Shown one piece after another: positions 35,185 to 47,653 of a stretch of 64,000 nt of DNA. This DNA comes from Lepidodermella squamata (lineage: Eukaryota; Animalia; Gastrotricha): assembly GCA_047495785.1 (NCBI GenBank), contig JBLDXI010000008.1, positions 1 to 64,000 on the forward strand. The letters are read 5' to 3'. Position 1 is the first letter of the stretch. Each line of letters opens with the position of its first letter. The position numbers and the translations under genes are program-made. The notes under the pieces were generated by a model. It was not told where the DNA came from. It did no database searches and was given only the letters and a program-made list of their open reading frames with translations.

Positions 35185-36930
35185 CGTGATTTTTTTGCAT
35201 CGATTAATTCATGCTAAATTTACCCGCGGCTCATGAGGTCATAAATAATTGAGCTTGTTCTGACGTCAGCCGCAGCACTGCACCGGCGCCCGAGTTTCAG
35301 ACCTAGAAAATTAGACCGAATAAAGCTTTTTACCTATTATATATTCGTGTAAAAATAGTGGGTGCACGAAAGTTGTGCGTAAATAATTACTATTTTTTCG
35401 CATCATGAATATTCTAGGCCGTTGCGGCACGCAATGCGAAAATGGCCGGGCGCTGCCTGCTGCTGGGCGACACGTCCGCCATTGATATTGCAACTCGCGC
35501 TGCGGTTGGGCTTGCCGCGCGCGCTAGCGCTCATACTGCTAAAGCAATATATATTTTCGCTGAATAGAACGGTTAATAAAAAAAATAAGGCCACCTATAC
35601 ATGCTTGTTCAGCCGAATCGTGCGCAGAGCTGCAGGTGCAAACCGCAAGTAGCGCGATTCTAGATTCTACTTTTTTTGTATGACAGCACTCAAAATTGGG
35701 GCGCGAGTCATCTCTGCCCTTGACACATCGTCTCTTGATTTTTTATTTCCTATTAAAAAAGCATTATTAGGAATCATACTCATTTCTCGACTGAAAATGT
35801 ATATTTTTTTATCCGAGCATTCTACTCTATTTTTTCCTAATTTATGAAAATGCCACTAATATACTTTATCAAATTCAAGGATGATACGAGCAGTTTGGCG
35901 TCTTCATCCTGTATTTTCCATTTAAGACTTCAAATTGTTCCCAATTTTCAGTATTTTTAGGTGGACTTGTGTTCATTTCGCTGAACTAATGGGTCTTACT
36001 GCTCGTCGGACCCAATTTTGGGTTAAATTTGAGGATAAAGCCTTTCGCCTTTCTCTTCCTTTGATCGATATTGATGCACCCAGTGGTCTGACTGGGTCCA
36101 GCTCTCAGGGGGAAAATCTAGCAAAATTTGTAACTTAATTCTTTGCTTAGTGCAAAGTACTCTAACTAGTGAGATTAAAGAAAATAGAGAAAATAGAGAA
36201 AATGAGATAAAGAATAAAGAATCTAGGACAGAAAACCATCGAAACCATATTTTGGTCGACTCGATTAGTGAATTTGTATGTTAAGCTTAGTCAAGCTCGT
36301 GAGCTGAGTAAGGAAAGGTGCTTTCAGCCGGCTTCCAACTATTTACTAAATTTTTCCCATGAAAATAAATGTCCCTCATTTTGGACCGAAAACTAACAAA
36401 ATCACATTGATCGTTTACTATCAAAATGCTGCCGAATTTTCAAAATTCAAATTTTCGAGAAATAGCTGAAGATTACAGTTTTTGTTATTCCACTTGTCCC
36501 CTTCTAACACTTCGATCATTGCTCTCAATAATTTTTAGAAGATTCATGCCGTTCGGGTTGACTATAATTCGAACTGTCCTGTATTATGCCTCAAGCCTTA
36601 GACCTAAGTAAACTGTTTCTCGCGGCAAAAATTACTTAATAATATTTCTTTGCAAAAAAACTGGGGATTATTTGGTTTGGCAAGTAGCGTAATGCAACTG
36701 CATTTTTTGCCCGGACTAGGTCATGATATTCAAACAGACCGTGCAGAGTGTATATTTTACGCAACACTGGCCAATCACGGCTTAAGAATGCTTCTCACCT
36801 GTGTAAATAGCGAAATACAAACTGTTAACCTCAATTTTATTACTTTTTCAGGTAGGATTTTTTACAATGATATACTCAATTATAGCATATTTGTCGATAT
36901 AAGTCTTGGAGGCGAATTCAATTTCGGAGA

Positions 36931-38640
36931 ATGGCGCTACTTGCTTTGAATCGCGATCAGCTCGAAACGATTCGCGGCCACAGATATGTTGCCGAAGACC
37001 GCAGTTTCCTCGACAATACAATAATGCCACCCTTCTGGAACTACATTATGAGATTCGTCCCTGAAACGCTGTCATCAAACCTCGTCTCACTAATCGGAGC
37101 TTTATGGGCTATCCTGCCTAGCCTGGCCTTGGTTTGCTACAGCCCTGATGCAAAACAAAGCGAAATACCACCCTGGCTACTCTACCTGAGCGCCTTAGGA
37201 ATTTTTCTATGGCAAACCTTCGACGTAATCGATGGGAAACAAGCGAGAAGAACGAAAACTTCATCGCCACTTGGCGAATTTTTCGACCACGGCTGCGACA
37301 GTCTGTCAGACCCAGCGACAGTCCTAATGTTTTTCGTCGCTCTTAAATTCGGCGAAAATTTGAACCTGCTCTTCATCGCCGGCCTTCTGAGCCCATTCTT
37401 TGAGTACAGCTTCTACTGGCGGGCCCATTACTCGGGCGGGTCTTACGTTTTCGGCCTTTTCGACTGCACCGAGGTTCAAATGGTTTACATCGCCATGATA
37501 TGCCTGCAGGCTTCAACTGGGCAGCTATTTTTCGAGGCGAATTACGTGCTTCAAGCTCTGCCGGTTGTCTTTTACTTTATTTACGCTGCTTACTTCTTCA
37601 TTGATGTTTGGATCGATTCCATCGCACATTTTTGGAAGCATATTACAGGTATGTTGCTATGGGAGCAAAATTTCGTAAACATATCATTAGGGGATAAATT
37701 TGCGTTATCCGTTTTGCGAATTGTGGGGATTGCTTGGGGTAGCCCGTAGCCCAGAATTTTGACCACGAATTGGATATCGCTGTCTACCTCCCTCCCATCC
37801 GGTAGTTTGAAGTAAGGATTGCCACCATGTGGTTTTATAGCTAGAATCTTCCCAGATCTTTGCCGACTGAAGCAGAGATAACAGGCTGAGCTATCGAATA
37901 AAGGAAAGAGCTTCTAAACTGATCCACAGATACGAGATTCAGTAATCAGCAGTGCTGCAACCACAAGGAAAATCACCGAGGGAACGCGAGGATAGCTCAA
38001 ACTTGAATCAGATTGATATTCCTTTCTCGGAAATTACTTCAGAAAATTATGCCATGGCTGGCCCACTTGGAATGTTAAATCACATATTTTTTAGAGACTT
38101 AAGGAAAAACATGTTCTGAATTACCTTTTATCAACTTCATGAGATTTTTCCACTATTTTAGGTCGCGGTGATGAGACATCAGCCCGAGCCGTTAGCGCCA
38201 TGGCTCCAGCTGCTATAACAATCGGCCTAGCCATCTCGGCTCGGTTGCTAGGCAACGGCGTCTACGAAGCATACCCCCTCGCTTTTCTTATCGTCTTCAT
38301 CATGGCGATCGGCAAACTCTCATGCCGCTTAATTGTGGTCAACATGTCAAAATCTCGCCTCACAGCGCCCTTCAACTCAGCCATGCTAGCTTTCGTACCA
38401 TTTTTCATGGCCAACAGCTCGCTGGACATCATTTCACCTCGAACAGCTATCACGCTATCTCTGGCCTTCGTTGTAATAGACTATTTCACCCAATTTGCGA
38501 TAATTTGCTGGCAATTGGCGATATACTTCAACGTCAGCATGTTTACAATGAAGCCGAGAAAATTGCTGAAAGTCGACGATAAAAAAGTTTCGCAGTTGTC
38601 GCATAAACTCAATTATGTCGAAGTTTGCGGTATGCAGTGA
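36931..38640 (+). CDS. CEPT1: Choline/ethanolamine phosphotransferase (CDP-alcohol phosphatidyltransferase), intron ~37649-38161
   Basis: DVIDGKQARRTKTSSPLGEFFDHGCD catalytic motif; FGLFDCTEVQ matches the CEPT1/CHPT1 type. Confidence 0.9.
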
Positions 38641-38915
38641 TTATTATCAGAAAGACGAAAAACAAGCCCCATTTTTCACTATCGTTTCAATATTGTGATA
38701 ACTTTAGGCTTTATTTTTGGATTTTTAATAAAAAGATGGAGCTTCCGAGATTGCATTCTTCTTGTTGTCAAGATATTGGTTTTTCGATTATTTAGCGCTT
38801 AGTTCGAGTGGGGCAAGCTATTTTTCGCCGCACTTCAAACTATAGTGGCTTCTTTGTTTTTCACTTCCCCTTTTTTCATAAATCTACTGATTTATTCTTC
38901 GTTTTAACCCATTTC

Positions 38916-39146
38916 ATGCGATTATTTTGTAATTTTTTGGTACTATGGCTGCTCCCTGTGGCGATATCGAACGCGCAGCTATTTGAGGCGCCAAATCACG
39001 TTGAAAAATGGACAACTCACGGGTCCCACGTCGAAACGATATGCGACAACGCGTGTCTCGGGATGCTAGCCGCTATCGTTCCAGTTTCGATCATTGTACT
39101 GTCTTTCATGATGATCAAATGCTGCTGCCCTGGTTCTTCATTTTAG
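38916..39146 (+). CDS. Single-pass membrane microprotein, paralog 1 (76 aa)
   Basis: Signal-like N-terminus, CDNAC-TM-KCCCP; paralog at 39601. Confidence 0.7.
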   Translation: MRLFCNFLVLWLLPVAISNAQLFEAPNHVEKWTTHGSHVETICDNACLGMLAAIVPVSIIVLSFMMIKCCCPGSSF

Positions 39147-39600
39147 AATTCGATTGGACACAATCGAAAGACAAGAAAATCGACAGTTTTTGAAATTGGG
39201 TAAATAATAAAAGAAAACATGTCTTTGCTACGAGCCCTCTGAGACGATTTTCTACATTTCTGAGGTCAACAATATTCGTAAGAAAATTACAACAATTTCG
39301 AAAAATTCTGCTTCTGAGCTGCAAGAGAGTAGGAAAGACCGAAAAGTGTCAGAACTAGTCATTTTTTTCCATTCCTTTGAGATTTGAGGTTCAATATATA
39401 TCTATACGCCTTTACTAAAATTACATAAAAAAGTTAGTCCTGTCTCTCTCGGGTCCGTATAAATGATAAATATTCATCACGCGTCACATCATATATGTTT
39501 GACATTATAATATTAGGTTTTTGTTATTTCCGGAGCCGGCAAATTGTGATGAAATCACAGAATATGCGGCTCATAGCCTGTATTTCACGTTTTCTTGATC

Positions 39601-39864
39601 ATGACTCCTAATAATGATAAACTCATACTCGTTCTGGCCAACGGATTACTAGCGAGCTCTTCTAGTGATAGCGCTGAGTCTACTTCACGCCAGCAGCCGT
39701 TCGAAATCGCCAATCGAACCGATCGATGGGTTTTCTATACGTTGACAAATCGAGACGCGTGCGACAACGCCTGTATCGGCATGATGATGGCTATCATACC
39801 AGTGGCGATCATCGTACTGTCGTTCATACTCATCAAATGCTGCTGCCCAGCTAACTCGTTCTAA
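39601..39864 (+). CDS. Single-pass membrane microprotein, paralog 2 (~87 aa)
   Basis: CDNACIGMMMAIIPVAIIVLSFILIKCCCPANSF, conserved with paralog 1 at the protein level. Confidence 0.7.
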   Translation: MTPNNDKLILVLANGLLASSSSDSAESTSRQQPFEIANRTDRWVFYTLTNRDACDNACIGMMMAIIPVAIIVLSFILIKCCCPANSF

Positions 39865-40794
39865 CGTTGAAACAAGGAACCTAGAACTCAGTCTTTACCA
39901 TGCTATTATCGCTTTATTTATCGATTAAATAATTTGCACAAGGCCATCCTAATGTTCGTTTTGGGTTCAGCATTCAGATAACGAGCACCATTTGCCACAA
40001 ACTCCGTAAGATTGGAGCCAGATTACAGGCAGGCACTTCCTACAACAATCAGAAAAGATGAATTGGGTAAGTTTACAAGTGGCAAAAGGGCTTGGACTAG
40101 CTCAGTTCCCAAGGAATTAAATGAATTAGGAAACCTACTGGTCATCTGAGCAATCGCTTTTCGTTTCGCAAAGAGTAGCTTCGTTCTTAGGCAGTATTGG
40201 CTCTGGATAGATTGGGGAGTTATACGGCCGAGGTTCGATTTTGCCGATATCAAGACATTCCCAATCATCATCATTACCTATACAGCTCCTTCGAAAAATT
40301 GGTCTCGCTGTATACCTTAGCTGGTATGTTATAGGACTTACCATCCCCTAGGACAATGCTTATGCTGATAGCGATAGCTGCCCAGGCAGTAAATCGACCC
40401 AGAGAGTTCGACGTGAATTGGAATTTGGCACCTTCCAACAATGAAACACCTTCGAAGAGTCCACCTTAAGCAAAATTACTAGAATTAGAGGCAACACCGG
40501 CTATATTTTCAGGGCTCACATGTCACTGGAACAAGTTGCTCGGCAGTCATCGTAGTTCATACATTGACAGGCCGTAGTAATCAGAAGCAGAATCACTGCC
40601 ACCTGTTTCAGCATTTTGCGAGAAAAAATGATAAATTGGTTGAAAAAACGAGTGAACGTAGCTCCAGCTGATTAAAATTCACAAAAAACCAATTCATAGT
40701 ATGCAAGTTTTATTTAAGCGTAAAGCTGGATTAAAACACATCCAGTCGAAGAGTCATGAGCAAAATAATTCTGAGAGTCAAATTGAAACGAAAT

Positions 40795-43700
40795 TTAGAC
40801 GTAAGTCTCGCAGACAACAGCGCTTGGAGCATCTTGAGCCGTAGTGATGCAATCAATGTCGTTGAGGTAGAAATCGGCTGGGTTCGGGCCGAATTTAGAG
40901 TACATACTGTACGCAGCACAAGCTAGCGGGCCGCTTGGTTCGTCCTGCTGGACTCCGTTAACTACAGCGCCACCCCACTGGCGGTTGAAGGCGGTGAATG
41001 ATGAGCCGTCAATCCATTGGTATTGGCTGGTTGCGTACTTGAGTCCAACCCAGGCGGAGGTCGTAACATCGGCATCGTGCAGGGCGAAGCGGACATCGTC
41101 TTGTTCAGCAACGGTTTTGACGGTCGCAAGCTGGCCAATGCGGCCTTGGCCATCACCCTGCTTACAAAGACGATCGGCATCAAAATACCTGCAAATTTTT
41201 GCAAAATTCATCAAATTGCAATGGTTGCTATGGAAATGTATTTATCCAGGCATCTGATAATCCCCTTCTAAAGTCCAAGGCGTTTCCCTAGCGACCGTTG
41301 CTATGGAACCTTTCACGCTGATGCTAATGGCACTAAACTAGAGCTAACTAGTATGTACGCCACCCCTTAGCAACAGTTGCTATGGATGCTAAAATGATGC
41401 TCTGCCCTAGCAACCGATGCTGTAACATTATGGATGGCGATGAAACAAAAAAGTACTTCATGATCTTGTCGCCTAGAGGCCGCTCAATCACGAAAAAGGT
41501 CTTCTTCGCAGTTTCGCACGATTGCTTGGATTTGTATGCAACGTCCAATGGCATTTGTACCAGGCTTTGGCAACCAACCAAGCTCGGACGGCAACTAGCA
41601 GCGCCAGCATTGTTGGTATCAATACACCGAACGTAGCCACGCTTAAAACAAACCATGATTCAAAGTCAGGTGAAAGGTTATTGACATAGCTAACCGGTTT
41701 GAAGCTGTAAGTCTCGCATATAGCCGCATTGCCATCGGAGCTATCATCTGCATAATAATCGGCAATCTGTTGGCCGAAACTATGGTATGGACCGAACGCA
41801 ATGTATGGCTCGTTGGCGTCAGGTTGCTGATCGCCCCAGAATCCTTCCATCGCTTGTAGCCTACTACCATCAGGCCACGAGTAATTCCCATCTGCCAAAC
41901 GAGAACCTCCGGTCCAACCGTAAAAGTTCTCAGCACCAGATGCCGACAACATTCGGCGGAGTCTAATTAGGTCCAGTTGGTCCTTAATCGTCGCTAATTG
42001 GGCACCGGCTTCCAAGCAGGTTGAGACAGCCAAATCGCGGGTAGGCACTAGGGCAAGAATCAACCTGAATTCTTTTCCAGCGGCCAAGCATTGCGCCTCG
42101 GTTAGGAAAAGCTGGTCCTGAGGATTTTGCGTCGAGCCAGCGCAGCCGGTTGAGGCGGCAACACAACTTATAACGCCTTGGTTGTCACATCGCACAAAGC
42201 CGAGTGTTGCTGGGCTAGGTTCCAAGAAGGTTTCGCAGACAGCTGCTGTAACTTGCGCATCGCACGAGTCGTCGTTCAAGTAGTAATCTGATGTGTAGTT
42301 TTTGAACCCATTCTGTTGTTCGTAAACGACGCAGGGCGAGTTATCTAGCAAAACAAATAAACTTACATTTTGGGAATTGGAAATTTCGACCATGACAAAT
42401 TTTGGCTCCATCGGGATCAAGTCAGACCACTGATGATGAGCATACCTGAAGGTTCGTCTGAAGTCTCTGTTCCACCCCACTGGCGAACGTTGTTGTCGAG
42501 CGAAGAATATGGGGTGCCATCGATCCAGCTGTAGCCAGTCGCGACATTGACGCCCAGGCTGTTATCAGGCCCCAGGAGGCCAATCCACGCACGTTGTACG
42601 TTGTTGGTGCGTAATAGATCCCTCACAAATGTCTGCTCGGCGGCCGTTTTCACAGTGGCTAGCTGGCCTTTCACAGAAGCGCACATCCCTTCGGCGTCGA
42701 CAGCTCCTTCGAGGGTTGCCTTTTGCACAAGGAACAGCTGCTTTTCCGCACCCATGCACGACTCGCCAGTTATGAAGGTTCGACCGGCTGGAACTTGCTT
42801 CTCATTCTCGGGCTTGCAGCCTGGCGAGTCAAACGTAAAGTTATGGCATGTATCTTTCGAATTTTCCTACCGTCACTGGCTCGCTTGCACGAAAACGACC
42901 CTCCAGCTTGGCATCTCACGTAGCCAGACTTCGAAAATTCGAATTTCAGTGCAAACTTAACAAAATGTTCACAAAACTTACGTAAGTCATGCAATCTTCG
43001 TAGTTTTTCGCGAAATACGGAGATTGGTCGAATATTTTCGTAAAATCCTGAAATTGGTACATTCAAATTTCCTGGTAAGATTTTGGACGTAATAACCGTT
43101 TGAGCGGGTTCGCAAGCCTCATCCTGAGGAATGCACGTGTAGACCGACGGCGTCATTGAGTGGCACGCTTTCACACCCTGTTTCGATCACAACTTGTTAC
43201 CATTACTAACACACACCCAAAGGAAACTCACAGACAAAAGGCATTTTGCATACGAGGTGAACGTTTGAGCGCTCGGACTCTGCGATAAAGGTATTCAAGA
43301 AATCATCCGATTCACGGGAAAATATGTTACCGTGTTTGCTGGGCATCCATCAGAGGCCAACTGGCACGAGTGGAACATGTTATAAGCATCAAAGCATCTT
43401 TTGAAGGAATCCTAAGAATAAGGCATATCAAAATCAAACGGAAACATTTCAGGATAGCCAACCTGTTTACAGTATTTTCGAGCCGTTGCGTAGTTGCTGC
43501 CGAAAGATCTGCTCGAGGAGAATGTACCCAGCTGTTGAGCTTAGTAGTTAGACCTGAGCTATAATTTAGGCTGAATCGAACTTACCTCGACTTGGGAAGG
43601 TAGGCATTCGAACTCGGCTCCACTGACTTGATAGAGATCACCTACATCTTGGTAGCAGCATTTGGCACCCGCATTTTCGCAGACAGAATGGTCGTTCAAA

Positions 43701-46700
43701 AATGGAGGGATCGTCGCGTCGAAAGCTTCAAGCTGTAGATGAAAAGAAATTAGTTCAGGATTCTATTATGGCAGGAATAGTCGAAACTTACCCGAACAAG
43801 GCCGTTGCTGCATTGATCGGCTGCAGCTTCGCACTTTTTGAAAGTCACCGTATTCGGATCAATGCATCGCATGTATTGCTCTGAAAAATTCAAAAATTGA
43901 TGGTTACTTCGAATCCACACGGAGCTTGTTCATGATCCGAGAATTTAGGGTTTTTTGGTCGTTGAAGAATTTTGGTTTGACCCTAGGAAATGGGCTCTTC
44001 AGGTTGAGAAATTTTTCCAGGAATCAGAAGATTCGAAAAGCAACAATTGAAAAATTCGAAAATAAGCGAGGAACAAGACAATACTTACGGCATCTGCGAA
44101 TATAGCGGCAATCTTCAATCTTGTGATAGTCCCGATCGATGAAGCAGTAGGTGCTATTGCGCGATCCAGGGTTACGGCACGCCCTGCCCGACGCTAGAAT
44201 GTCGGCTTTGGGGAAACGAATCGGGCTGAACGAAGTCTGCTTCGACCAAGTTCGGCACTCTTTGCCGGACGCCGTATTGCGAACCGAGCCTTCATAGTCG
44301 TACCCGGTCTCCGTCATTTGGCATTCTTTCGTTTGCGTCAGAGCCGTCACGGATCCGCAGGGTGACATAACCACAAGCTTGAAGCCAGTCGAGTCGTTAC
44401 GACCGGAAGGTGAGTGGAAAATGACGAGAGCTTCCTTCGATAGCGTTTTGTAGATTCGCCCCGAAGTCAAGCTGCACCTGCAGAACCTAAACGGAAATCC
44501 AATAGTAAAAATCAAAAGTGGAGTGAAATTGGGGTGAGGGCGAACTTCGGTCCTGGCCTAGTGTAGTCTTCTGAGCGAATTTCGACGTAGTCGTCGCAGA
44601 CAGCCTCCCATTGCTGGCAAGTCAAGCCTGGGCGGCGTTCGAAGGCAAATATCAAGCCATTTCCATCCTGGAAAATGAAATTTCAAATTTGAACATTATA
44701 ATTTATGATGAATCATCGAAAAGGGCAATTCTGATTCAGAAAATTGTGCTTTCAAATTCAAATAAATTGATTTTTAATCAGGAAAATGGTTACATCCAGA
44801 TTAAATGAAATAAATTAGTTAGATATTTGATTAATTAATTAATTTCAAAAAATGTATAATTTAAGATTATTCATAATAGCATAATTTTCATTAGAATTTG
44901 AAAATTGAAATTTTTGAAATTTGACAAAAAATATTTTTCTTAGATCAACTTACAGTTTGAACTCTCCAAAAGCACTCGGTGTTAGCAGGATACTTGTCCG
45001 GGTAATTAGGCGAAGTGATGGCCTCGCCAGTGCTGCACTTCTGGATAACCTTAGTACCGCCACATCCGTTGATGACCGGCGCGATTTCATCGCAAAATTG
45101 GCCGCCAATGCCTCGCGGGCACACGCACCAGCCGCAGTTGAACGGATTTTCATAGCCACCGTTCTTGCAAACAGGACGCGTCGTACTGCTGTTGCAGACT
45201 TTGGCTGCGAAAGAGAATAAAATAATAAACCAATAAACCGAGTCGAAAATTGTGAAGAAAATAAAAAACAAATTAAGCTTTTAAATTTAAATTTTAAATT
45301 TTGAATATATTGAAAATTGGAAAAAATCAATTTGTAAATTCTGTTTTTTAGTCAGTATTATATTTCTGCATTTTTCCAATTTTATTGCGGCCGAAATAAA
45401 ATAATTTCAAATTTAGAAAATCAACGCATTTTTTATTCTATTTCTGAATTTTTCTAAGAAATTCCAACCTGGACAATTGTAAAGCCAGTTGATGCGCTTA
45501 GCATCTAAGAAAGATAGGTAAAGCCGTTGGCCCATAGTGTACAAAAAGGCGGGATCTTTCGGTTCAATTGTTCGCCGTTTGCCGTCCGGGTTGAAGCTGA
45601 GCCACAGTGAATCGGGGTGCATGATAGACTCAAAGTCGTACGGCGTGTTGCCATCGCGAATGTGAGGGAAAATGCCGAAAAAACTCCGCTTGCCGCTGCA
45701 AAAAAATAGAAAATGTCACTAATTTAAAAATTGCTTTGAAATTGAAAAAAATAATAAAAAATCCGATTTTTTAACGGAGAATTTACGATTTGCCTGAATA
45801 AAGAGAGGGGCCATTTGTAGAAAAATTAAATTGAAATCACTTGAAATTTCAAAAAAATTAAAATTTTAAATATTAACCTCATTATATTTTTGTAAATGAC
45901 TCGGACGTATTTGAATCGATCAGGGCGAGCAGTTTCATCAGCCTGAAAAAATACATGCCATCAATAATTTGGGACAAAAATAATTAGCAACAAACCAATC
46001 CTAGTGCGTGACCTATTTCACGCGCAACTTTTCCGACTCGCATGCAATCACCGCCAAGGACAATTTTCTGAACGCCAGACTTTGACATGCCAATTTCAGA
46101 CTGGCACAGTTGGAAGCTTTATAGGCAAGAACAGATTGATCGTATCACCTAAGAAATGTTCATAGCTCACTTGGGCGATTTTGTAAACAAAATGCTGTTG
46201 TTGAAATTGTTAAGCTCCTCAGGCGTATGTTCCTCGAACAACACGCAGGTCTTTTCCGTCCACCATGAAATTGCTTTTCGGATGATATCTCGGTCAGATT
46301 CCCCTGGAAAAGAAAAAAAATTAAATTATTTGAACAGATTTTTAGAATAAATTTCAAATTTTTTTATTCGAATTTTAAATTTCAAAATTCTTTTGAAAAA
46401 GTTTGGAAATTAAAAAATTCGAATTGGAATGTAAATTTCACATTAGCTATTAAAATGCAATTTAAATAATTCTGAAAATTTTGTGAGAATTTCAAGAATT
46501 TTTAATTTTGTAACTTACACATATAGTCGATGAAAGCGTAAGGAACGAGGCGTGACGGCCACACTCGAACGCTTCGCGGGATGGCGTTAACGCGTGGCTG
46601 TTGCGAATATTGCTTGGGCGCAATTTGCATAAGCATCGACGCCAACGTATCGCGGTCTTGCTTCTTGTAAATTCTGTTCAGCAAATTATCCGGGCACTCG

Positions 46701-47306
46701 TCGTGCGGAATGCGCATGCTGGCTCGAAATTTGTTCGACAGCCTATCCAAAATCTCCTCTTTCGTGAGCTGAAATTTAGGAAATAATTAAAAAAATCTGT
46801 TATTCTTTACTGCTAACCAGGAAAAATCGAGAAAAATCCGGTTAAATGTTGAATAATTCATGTATTTTTTTAGAAAATCCAGAAAATTCTGGAAAATTGG
46901 GTAAAATCCTTAGCTACATCGAAAATTAAAATGAGACTTCAGATATAATTTTTAATTTTTTTTAAATTATTTTTTGAATTTTTTAAACTGCAAAAATGAA
47001 TTCAGCAAAATAAATGTTATTGAAATAATTTTTTGAATGAGCCTAAATTAATTAGGGAGGACTACTGAAATCCTAATACAAAATATTTGAATAGGCTAAT
47101 TATCTCTGCACAAATTTTGATTGAAAATTTGTGGAAAAATTGAAAATTACCGATTCAGCATCCTTGATTTGCGGCTTAATTTCGATTCCACCATCCTGAT
47201 TTCCAGGCATTTCTGGCGGCTGGAACCCAGGCATGACCATTTCTTGCGCATCGCCCAACGCCACGGCTAAACAGCCGATTGCTAAAACAGCGATTACCAA
47301 CCTCAT
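40795..47306 (-). CDS. Multi-exon secreted mosaic protein: inactive astacin-like domain, EGF-like, CUB, kringle, Cys-rich repeats, 3 C-type lectin domains
   Basis: Signal peptide at 47306; VWP..VPY, REIGHALG, RPDR, PYDFESIMH; CKNGGY.P.NC..C.CP; ITSPNYP; YEGSVRNTASGKECRTW..CRNP; three CTL domains ending ..CETY/F. Exons from the kringle onward were joined in frame by eye; astacin-to-CUB junctions only partly checked. Confidence 0.8.
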
Positions 47307-47653
47307 GTATTTTTCGAACGAAAATTAAAATTAATAGTGAGAAATAAACATCACAAGGCACATTTCAAGGCACGCGATTGATTCTTTTATGAATGAAAAA
47401 CAAAACAGGTGATGCACAAGTTTTACGTCAAAAACAACAAATTAAATATGAGAGGAAAATATTTGAAAAATTAATTCAAAATTAAACGTTTGAAAAACAA
47501 CGTCAAATGTAACTTTAAATAGAAACATTACTGCGAAGAAATTTCCCGGAAGGAAATCACGAACGAACATAGATAAAAGCCGGAAGCTCGAGGGTATCGA
47601 TGGAAAAGGTCGATAGAATTATTTTTTCGGACTTTATTTCAAATGTTTCGAAA

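Noticed and set aside
38600-38760. Selenocysteine TGA/SECIS as in SELENOI (EPT1)
   Set aside because: Protein is CEPT1/CHPT1-type and I see no SECIS-like hairpin after the TGA.
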